Shown here: one piece after another, positions 57,329 through 64,000 of the stretch | How the letters are laid out: each line of letters begins with the position of its first letter | Position numbering within the stretch: the stretch's first letter is position 1 | DNA from: an uncultured bacterium | GTDB taxonomy: Bacteria > Patescibacteriota > Dojkabacteria > J137 | Length of the DNA stretch: 64,000 nucleotides | Assembly: GCA_963700155.1 (NCBI GenBank) | Contig: OY969472.1 | Location: 381,511-445,510, forward strand | Direction: 5' to 3' | The notes under the pieces: model-generated | Told to the model about the DNA's origin: nothing | The model's database searches: none | Seen by the model: only the letters and a program-made list of their open reading frames with translations | Position numbers and translations under genes: made by a program

Positions 57329-59031
57329 ATAGAAGTTACTTTAAAATCTTCCAGTTTTAAAGTTACAGTTTTGTTTCCATTCCACTGATTCAGTTCAAGA
57401 TGTCCAGCTAAATCAAGAGGAGTAGAGTAGATAGCATTTGTTTCAAGAATTTCTTTTGTAAATTTATCAGCTGCTCCAAAACCAACAGCCTCAATTTTTT
57501 CACCATACTCATTAGGAAAAATTAATTTAATATGAGATTTATCTTTTCCCATAAAAATATAATTCTTAATCGCAATATTTTTAATCCCAATTGTTGGTTG
57601 TTTATTACCTTCCCCAAATGGTTCTAATATCGAAAGATTATTAATTGTTTCTTCACTTAAATCACCAATTGAAGCAATTGCATCGATGGTGAAAATTTCT
57701 TCCATGTCTGATTCAGTTATTACTTTTTCTGCTTTTTGAAGTAGAGTCTTATAAAGCTTTTCGAAATTTTCGCGTTCAAATGAAAGCCCCGCAGCTTGCG
57801 AATGCCCTCCAAAAGCTGTTAAATATTTTGAAGACTCCTTAAGGGCATTCGCAATATGAAACGACTCAATACTCCTTGCAGAAGCTTTAACTTTCCCATT
57901 TTTTTCTGAACCAACGATCACAGGTCTTCTGTATTTCTGAGTTAATTTACCGGCTATTAATCCAAGAATTCCTTCAGGCCAATCCTCTCCAATAATAAAT
58001 AAAAACTTATTATTCAAATCTGTTTTAATTAAATTTTCAGCTTCTTCAAGATATTTTATTGTTAACCCACGTCTCTCAGAATTTAAAATATCCAATTTCT
58101 GTGCTAACTGTCTAGCAAAAGGAGTAGAGGATGTGGTGAGCAGCCTAACTCCATCCATAGCATCTTCAAGCCTTCCAGAAGCATTTAAGCGCGGTCCAAG
58201 TATGTATCCAACATGGAAGGACTTAAGATTAGAAGGTTCAATTTTGGTAATTTTTAATAATTCATTAAGACCTGCTCTTTTTCTTTCTTGTATTTTTTCT
58301 AAACCTAGTTTTACTATTGATCGATTTTCATCTATCAATGGCATAATATCGCAAATAGTCCCTAAAGCAGCAAGGTCGATATATTCAGTCATATCTACTC
58401 CAAGTTTTAAATGTTCATTTAACGCACAACAGACTTTCCAAGAAACCCCAGCACCACAGATTTCCTTGAAAGGATATTTATTTAACATAGGGTGAACAAC
58501 TGCTAGTGCTTTATTTGAGATTAAATATTTTCCGGCCTTTTTACTTCCTTCAATTTTTTTATTTTCAAATTCCTGAGCAGAATGGTGATCAGTTATAACA
58601 AAATCAAGTTTATCTGAATATTCATTAACTAGTTTAATATCTTTTATCCCACAATCTACTGAGATTACAAATTCTCCACCAAGTTTAAGAATATTATCTA
58701 AAGATTCATTAGAAAATCCATAACCTTCTGTAAATCTGCTTGGAATATATGGAAGAACATCAGCTCCAAGTTCATTTTTCAGGAATAGCCACATTATTGA
58801 AGTTGAAGTTATTCCATCAACATCATAATCTCCATGGATTATAATTTTTTTTCCATCTTTTACAGCTTTGGAAATTGCTTCGACTGCTTTATCCATATCA
58901 TGTAAAAGGAAAGGATCGTGAATATTTTCGAATGTAGGATTCAGGAATTTTTCTTTATCAGTAATATTTCTGGACTTATATACCCAGTCGAGCAGAGGAG
59001 TATCCTGCTGTTCAGGCCATACCCATTTCAT
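57325..59031 (-). CDS. recJ: Single-stranded-DNA-specific exonuclease RecJ
   Basis: DHH motif HGDYDVDGITS, DHHA1 GGHSQAAGLS; 568 aa. Confidence 0.9.
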   Translation of the reverse strand: MKWVWPEQQDTPLLDWVYKSRNITDKEKFLNPTFENIHDPFLLHDMDKAVEAISKAVKDGKKIIIHGDYDVDGITSTSIMWLFLKNELGADVLPYIPSRFTEGYGFSNESLDNILKLGGEFVISVDCGIKDIKLVNEYSDKLDFVITDHHSAQEFENKKIEGSKKAGKYLISNKALAVVHPMLNKYPFKEICGAGVSWKVCCALNEHLKLGVDMTEYIDLAALGTICDIMPLIDENRSIVKLGLEKIQERKRAGLNELLKITKIEPSNLKSFHVGYILGPRLNASGRLEDAMDGVRLLTTSSTPFARQLAQKLDILNSERRGLTIKYLEEAENLIKTDLNNKFLFIIGEDWPEGILGLIAGKLTQKYRRPVIVGSEKNGKVKASARSIESFHIANALKESSKYLTAFGGHSQAAGLSFERENFEKLYKTLLQKAEKVITESDMEEIFTIDAIASIGDLSEETINNLSILEPFGEGNKQPTIGIKNIAIKNYIFMGKDKSHIKLIFPNEYGEKIEAVGFGAADKFTKEILETNAIYSTPLDLAGHLELNQWNGNKTVTLKLEDFKVTSI

Positions 59032-59160
59032 AATATCTTTTTTTAGATTTTAAACTCCAATTTAACAGCTTTGAAAAAACAGAGTTTAGAATCCAACCAT
59101 CTCTATAACACAATACAATTAAAAATTTACTAACTTTTAAAAATAATTAATAAACTATCC

Positions 59161-59769
59161 TTATCTTACATCATTTCTATTTAACCATTTTGCAAATTTC
59201 TTAAAACCAAGGAATGCTCCAATTGCAAGAATTACAAAAATTATAGCAACAATTACCACTGTCTTGACGATGGACAAGGTTTTAGCTTGGTTATATTCAG
59301 CTGTTAAAGGCAAAACTTCTTGGGATGCATTTGAAGCAAAATTTTTTCTGACTAGAACTAAATATGAACCATCTGCCTTGAAAGCTTCAGCTTGTCCTCT
59401 CAGTTCAGTCACTCCATAACCTGTTGGTAATATCGTTATTGGTATTGAATAAGTTTTGCCTGACTGAATGGTAATATCTTTTGTTGCATCTGTATCATTT
59501 ACAAATTTACTTGATCCTTGAAGAGTCCATGTAATTTTTACCCTATCAGCATCTATTCCAGATTTAAGAATCATTTCAAAAGTAACTTGCTTGCTTTCTG
59601 GATCTTGAGTTTCCTGATTAAAATCGGCTCTTAATCCTTCTACATCTTGAATTACCGGTGCTTGATCGGATTGAAAAGGATCGGTTGAAGCATCTGTTTG
59701 TGCGAAAACTCTAAAAGAGAGAAAAGTTGCTGAAACTATTAAGACTGTGATTATTAGAAATTTTTTCAT
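59161..59769 (-). CDS. Hypothetical secreted protein with a C-terminal TM anchor
   Basis: Signal peptide; C-terminal VVIVAIIFVILAIGAFLGF. Confidence 0.4.
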   Translation of the reverse strand: MKKFLIITVLIVSATFLSFRVFAQTDASTDPFQSDQAPVIQDVEGLRADFNQETQDPESKQVTFEMILKSGIDADRVKITWTLQGSSKFVNDTDATKDITIQSGKTYSIPITILPTGYGVTELRGQAEAFKADGSYLVLVRKNFASNASQEVLPLTAEYNQAKTLSIVKTVVIVAIIFVILAIGAFLGFKKFAKWLNRNDVR

Positions 59770-59794
59770 TAAATTATTCTACCAAAATACAAAA

Positions 59795-60523
59795 CTATTT
59801 ATTTATTTCCCGAACTATTATTATTGGTGTTACATTCCCATCATCTTCCTGTCCTTGAGGATTTCCCTTTACAATCTCAGAAAATTTCTGTGCAGAGTAG
59901 AGTGACTTTACAGATTTGCTCATTCCCAAAACATTATTATCAATATTATTTCCATCCAAAATTACAGTCGGCATTCCAAATTTTTCTTCAATATGATCTG
60001 AGATTTCATCACCATTTGGAGGAGGTAAAACCGCATATTCATTCATGGGCGGCCTGGAAACTGGGTTGAAGCCGTCAATGGCATTAATATTATGCCCTGC
60101 AATTTTATAAAAGTATCCAGGCCGCCCTAAAATCTTCAAAATTGTTCCACCAATCAATGCAACAAATATTCTTGGATAACCTGCAATATTAATCGCTACC
60201 TGCATTTTTCTTGGATGAGAATATCCAATGTCATCAGGCCATTTTGTAACAAATTTAACAATAAATTTTGCTAAAAGTCCTGGTTTAACTTTAGATTCAT
60301 GAATTACATAATTATCACAGATACTTACAACTTTAGCTGAAATACAAAAAATATCACCTTCTTGAAAAGCTTGTTTACCATAGTTTTCAATAAATTGATC
60401 CAAACTATCACCAATTTTCACGGTAGGGGTGGAAACAGGATATCTTGCATACTTTTGATTATCTACAATGCTGAAAAGTTCTCTTCCTCTGTTTGGTGTA
60501 GTTATTAATCGGTATGGTTTCAT
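59795..60523 (-). CDS. CofE-like (F420-0:gamma-glutamyl ligase family) protein
   Basis: GDIFCISAKVVSICDNYVI and NINAIDGFN resemble the CofE GD..VI.QKIVSKAEG and NAGID.SN blocks. Confidence 0.55.
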   Translation of the reverse strand: MKPYRLITTPNRGRELFSIVDNQKYARYPVSTPTVKIGDSLDQFIENYGKQAFQEGDIFCISAKVVSICDNYVIHESKVKPGLLAKFIVKFVTKWPDDIGYSHPRKMQVAINIAGYPRIFVALIGGTILKILGRPGYFYKIAGHNINAIDGFNPVSRPPMNEYAVLPPPNGDEISDHIEEKFGMPTVILDGNNIDNNVLGMSKSVKSLYSAQKFSEIVKGNPQGQEDDGNVTPIIIVREINK

Positions 60524-60637
60524 TCTGTTGATTTTAATGAATTAAATTTTTTTAATCAAGAATTCACATTTCTTCTCTTTACAAGATTCTATTCACAGTA
60601 TAGTATAAACTTAAGTAAATTATTATTCCCTAATAAA

Positions 60638-61186
60638 GTGATCCAAAAAATCTACGATATTCTAGAAGGTTCAATAGCATTAGTAGCTCTAATTGCAGTT
60701 GTTGGGATAAGTACTTTCAGCATTGTAGCTCTAAATCCTCAAATTTCTACAGAAGCTCAACCACAACAAAATGTTGCTGGAATAGTAACTAACAAAAATC
60801 AAGAACCAGTGTTTATAAATAACCTAGAAAATAATTCTGCAGATTATCAAAATAATCTTGTTTCTATGGAAGATTCTTCATATTTATATTCATCACATAT
60901 TATTGGAGGAAATGGAGCATCAGTTTTTAAATTTGTAGAAATTTATAATCCAAATAGTCAACCAAAAACAGTTATTTTCAATACCGAACTAATAGGCTCT
61001 GTTCAAAATGATTTAAAGATTAAAGTTTATGATGATATTGACACTTTAGTTTTATATTCTCCTGAAACTGGAGTTAATGAAGTTAAATTGACTATACCTG
61101 CAAATTCAAAGCGTACTTTAAATATAGCTTATGAATTTCTTCAAAAAATTAACTTTGGATTTGATGTTAAAATCAATTTGAGATAG
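60638..61186 (+). CDS. Hypothetical membrane-anchored protein
   Basis: N-terminal TM. Confidence 0.4.
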   Translation: MIQKIYDILEGSIALVALIAVVGISTFSIVALNPQISTEAQPQQNVAGIVTNKNQEPVFINNLENNSADYQNNLVSMEDSSYLYSSHIIGGNGASVFKFVEIYNPNSQPKTVIFNTELIGSVQNDLKIKVYDDIDTLVLYSPETGVNEVKLTIPANSKRTLNIAYEFLQKINFGFDVKINLR

Positions 61187-61245
61187 TTTCCCAAATATCG
61201 AGTAATTAGTTTATTCAGGTATACCTAGAATATAATTTAGTACAA

Positions 61246-61265
61246 TTTGTAAGGAGATTGTAAGA
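61246..61265 (+). promoter_or_regulatory. Tandem direct repeat TTGTAAGGA-ga-TTGTAAGAA (11-bp period) between the putative -10 and the recA start codon; candidate operator
   Basis: The same 20-bp architecture is found at 43442-43461 and 51122-51141. An upstream TATAAT is at 61227-61232. Confidence 0.45.
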
Positions 61266-61306
61266 AAAATTTTATAATATTTATAAATACTTATTACGAT
61301 TATTTT

Positions 61307-62344
61307 ATGGCAAAAACTTCAGATGCAAAAAAAGAAAATACTCAAACTGTTGAAACTGAGAACAAGGGTAAAAATGAAGCAATAAAAATGGCTTTACAGC
61401 AAATTACTAAACAATTTGGAGAAGGTTCCATCATGACATTAGCCGATGAAAAAGTAAAAAAAATGGACTCAATTTCTACTGGAGCAATAGGATTAGATAT
61501 AGCTTTAGGTGTTGGTGGTGTTCCAAAGGGAAGGATTATTGAAATTTATGGACCAGAATCTTCAGGGAAAACAACTTTAGCAATGCATATTATGGCTGAA
61601 TCACAAAAGAATGGGGGAGTAGCAGCTTTAATTGATGCTGAGCATGCATTTGACCCAGGGTATGCAAAAAAGATTGGTATAAACACAGAAAATCTTTTAG
61701 TTTCTCAACCAGATTATGGTGAGCAAGCTCTTGAAATATTAGAAACATTATTAAGATCAGGTGCTGTCGATGTGATTGTAGTTGATTCAGTAGCAGCATT
61801 AACTCCTAAAGCAGAAATTGATGGTGAGATGGGAGATTCACATATGGGATTACAAGCTAGACTAATGAGCCAAGCTTTAAGAAAAATTACTGGAATTGCT
61901 AATAAAACTAATACTGTAGTAATTTTCTTAAACCAGTTAAGAATGAAAATTGGAGTAATGTTCGGTAATCCTGAAACAACTACCGGAGGAAATGCATTAA
62001 AGTTTTATGCATCAATAAGAATGGATATTAGACCAAGAGAAAAAATTACTAAAGGTGAAGAAGTTATTGGGAATCTTGTTAGAGTCAAAGTTGTTAAAAA
62101 CAAAGTTGCACCTCCTTTCAAAGAAGCAGAATTCGAAATTAGATACGGAGAGGGAATAGATAAGATATCAAGCTTAATCGATGCAGCTGTTAAATACAAT
62201 GTTATTGAAAAAGCAGGAGCATGGTATAGAAGAAATGGTGAAAATCTTGGACAAGGAAAAGATAGTATAAGGGAATTAATGAAAAATGATAAAAAATTAC
62301 TACAAGATGTTTGGAGTGATGTAAAAAAAGCAGCAGGATTGTAG
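61307..62344 (+). CDS. recA: Recombinase RecA
   Basis: Walker [10 protein letters not shown]; L1/L2 regions; 345 aa. Confidence 0.97.
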   Translation: MAKTSDAKKENTQTVETENKGKNEAIKMALQQITKQFGEGSIMTLADEKVKKMDSISTGAIGLDIALGVGGVPKGRIIEIYGPESSGKTTLAMHIMAESQKNGGVAALIDAEHAFDPGYAKKIGINTENLLVSQPDYGEQALEILETLLRSGAVDVIVVDSVAALTPKAEIDGEMGDSHMGLQARLMSQALRKITGIANKTNTVVIFLNQLRMKIGVMFGNPETTTGGNALKFYASIRMDIRPREKITKGEEVIGNLVRVKVVKNKVAPPFKEAEFEIRYGEGIDKISSLIDAAVKYNVIEKAGAWYRRNGENLGQGKDSIRELMKNDKKLLQDVWSDVKKAAGL

Positions 62345-62370
62345 AAGTTTACTGAACAGATTGTTTAATA

Positions 62371-62400
62371 AAGGGCTCCGATTTATCGGAGCCCTTTTCA
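62371..62400 (+). terminator. Rho-independent terminator after recA
   Basis: AAGGGCTCCGA-ttta-TCGGAGCCCTT followed by TTTC. Confidence 0.75.
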
Positions 62401-62504
62401 AAATATCTTCTTATCTGCTTATATTATCTGTATATTCTACTTGAAGAAATGCCAAAAATGCTCTAAGCTCTACTTTATGAATCCTATTTTTAAGAAGATG
62501 AAAA

Positions 62505-63104
62505 ATGAGTATAGAAATACAATCTTTAGAACATTTATTTATATCAAAAGTAAGAATTAAAGCATTAAGATACTTTTTGACCAATACAAATACACCAATT
62601 CACTTAAGAGGTGCTGTGAGGGAATTCAATGAAGAAATTAATGCAGTAAGAAGAGAACTTTCAAGACTTGAAGAGATGAATCTAATTACAGCTGAGAACA
62701 AAGGGAATAGAAAATATTTTGTTACAAATTTAAAGCATTCATTTATTCCAGAATTAATGGGATTGTTTCATAAATCTTATGGTTTGGGTGGAAAAATAAT
62801 TGAGAATAGAAATAAAATTGGAGATTTAGAGTTTGCCTTTTTAACCGGTGCATTTACAAAGAATCATAATCATGGCGTTCATATAGTAGATTTGGTGTTA
62901 ATTGGAACAATAGACATGAAAGCTTTGGAAAGTATAATAAAAAAAGAAGAAGATGCAATAAATAAAGAAATACACTATACAGTACTTACTTCAAATGAAT
63001 TTCAGGTCAGAAAAAGACGAAAAGACCAGTTCATTAATGACCTTTTAGTTCAGGACTTGGTAATGTTAATAGGCTCTAGAGAAGATCTAATTGACGAACA
63101 GTAG
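62505..63104 (+). CDS. Putative winged-helix transcriptional regulator-like protein
   Basis: N-terminal KVRIKALRYFLTNTNTPIHLRGAVREF...EINAVRRELSRLEEMNLI resembles an ArsR/wHTH. The C-domain is unknown. Confidence 0.4.
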   Translation: MSIEIQSLEHLFISKVRIKALRYFLTNTNTPIHLRGAVREFNEEINAVRRELSRLEEMNLITAENKGNRKYFVTNLKHSFIPELMGLFHKSYGLGGKIIENRNKIGDLEFAFLTGAFTKNHNHGVHIVDLVLIGTIDMKALESIIKKEEDAINKEIHYTVLTSNEFQVRKRRKDQFINDLLVQDLVMLIGSREDLIDEQ

Positions 63105-63261
63105 AGTTACCAGATTAGTTAAAATTTACAATTTTATTATTACTAAGCTGATAATGATATTCAAGACTAATATTAATTTCAAATGCTCTTCCTACTTGAA
63201 TTATAGGGTTAGCAGGAATATAATTTAGTTGCTAAGTTAATTTTATTTTTAAAATTAAAAC

Positions 63262-63630
63262 ATGCCAAAAAATATAAATATAAACCAAATCTTACAACAG
63301 ATTCCAGGATTACTTCCTAATTATTGTGACAGATGTGGAATGAAACATGATAAATCAGATTTAGAAATTGTCAGCCAAGACAATGAAAAAGTTGTTTGCA
63401 GGCTTGGATGTACGAAATGTGGAAGTTCTTATATGATTCATATAAATAGTCCAGTTGATGGTATTGTTGCAGCTAAAAAATCAGCTTACAAAGTTGATGT
63501 AAGTCCAGCCGAAATTAAAAAGTTCTCATTAACTGAAGAGATTAATCAGGATGAGATTTTAGATGTCTTCATTGCGCTAAAAGATGTTGCGACAATCCAA
63601 GATTTTAATATTCTATTCGGAAGTGAGTAA
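63262..63630 (+). CDS. Zinc-ribbon protein (hypothetical)
   Basis: CDRCG...CTKCG pair of CxxC. Confidence 0.4.
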   Translation: MPKNININQILQQIPGLLPNYCDRCGMKHDKSDLEIVSQDNEKVVCRLGCTKCGSSYMIHINSPVDGIVAAKKSAYKVDVSPAEIKKFSLTEEINQDEILDVFIALKDVATIQDFNILFGSE

Positions 63631-64000
63631 AAGAATTTTTGAAGTATTATAAAGTTCATCTGGAACTTCCATTTTTTCAGCAGAAGTTAATATAAATTGA
63701 AATTTTTCTGAAGCTAGATACTTAGCTATCTTTTTTCTATTGATATTATCAAGCTCAGACATTAAGTCATCAATTAAAAAAATTGGATAAGCATTAAACT
63801 TAGAGTAGTAATAAGTCAGCTGGGAAACCTTTATTAAAAATGTAGCCAGTCTCTGCTGGCCTCGTGAACCAAAAAAGCGAAGATCTTTCCCCGAATGGAG
63901 TAATCTATAGTCATCTTTATGTATTCCATATAAGGTTTTCCCAGCTGCTATTTCTTTAGATATACCTTCATTAAACTTTATGCTGAGTGCATTTTCAAAA
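63613..64000 (-). CDS. recF: DNA replication and repair protein RecF, C-terminal part (partial; N-terminus beyond the window end)
   Basis: Reverse translation gives ...DLRFFGSRGQQRLATFLIKVSQL...FLIDDLMSELD (ABC signature plus D-loop), stop TAG at 63613-63615. It overlaps the convergent upstream gene by 18 nt. Confidence 0.8.
   Translation of the reverse strand, partial: FENALSIKFNEGISKEIAAGKTLYGIHKDDYRLLHSGKDLRFFGSRGQQRLATFLIKVSQLTYYYSKFNAYPIFLIDDLMSELDNINRKKIAKYLASEKFQFILTSAEKMEVPDELYNTSKILLLTSE

Noticed and set aside
1-64000. CRISPR arrays, rRNA genes, integrases, transposases or insertion sequences
   Set aside because: No regularly spaced short repeats, no rRNA-like conserved stretches, and no ORF with integrase or transposase motifs were found. 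The only notable repeats are the 109-bp pair and the short TTGTAAG tandems.

Overview
This is an AT-rich bacterial chromosome segment (roughly 30% GC by eye), gene-dense, with no rRNA genes, CRISPR arrays, integrases or transposases seen. All calls below are motif-level readings by eye with no database searches; two gene starts are ambiguous (-1 frameshifts) and one tRNA-like element is non-canonical.

The organism is unknown; the extended ribosomal proteins and the many glycosyltransferases would fit a Patescibacteria/CPR-like or other small AT-rich genome, but that is inference only.

The main contents are:
- **IF-2 5' part**: 1-888 (-), running off the window.
- **Ribosomal protein / RNA polymerase operon**: infA-rpmJ-rpsM-rpsK-rpsD-rpoA-rplQ-rplM-rpsI at 12581-17011 (-).
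- **Glycan-biosynthesis island**: about 26 kb (17915-43417) with GT2, GT4, GT-C, GtrA/GtrB-like, methyltransferase, UDP-sugar dehydrogenase, Wzm/Wzt and FkbM genes.
- **Secreted-protein block**: 43503-46457, including a tail-fibre-domain protein and an M23 peptidase.
- **Envelope-stress pair**: PspC plus a LiaF-like protein, 47493-49069 (-).
- **tRNAs**: tRNA-Ala(CGC) and tRNA-Leu(CAG), both (-).
- **Core genes**: hisS, recJ, recA, recF (3' part), HU and SufU.
- **Smaller systems**: a PAS histidine kinase / receiver pair, an orphan PAS histidine kinase, a VapBC toxin-antitoxin pair, and three Nudix genes.

Observations that most deserve a second look:
- A 109-bp direct repeat (96% identical) carrying the 3' end of yraN flanks the histidine kinase / receiver cassette.
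- A 20-bp tandem TTGTAAGAA element (11-bp period) recurs upstream of recA, the tail-fibre-domain gene and a tRNA-like element.
- A D-arm-less tRNA-like element sits at 51166-51231.
- Two genes (TrmB-like regulator, Nudix-like) need a -1 frameshift to make the full protein.
- One protein fuses a LOG domain to a SAM methyltransferase.
- An Erm-like rRNA adenine methyltransferase is present.
- Four GT-C membrane glycosyltransferase paralogs surround a GtrA/GtrB-like pair.
- An extended L36 gene (rpmJ) is missing from the ORF track.
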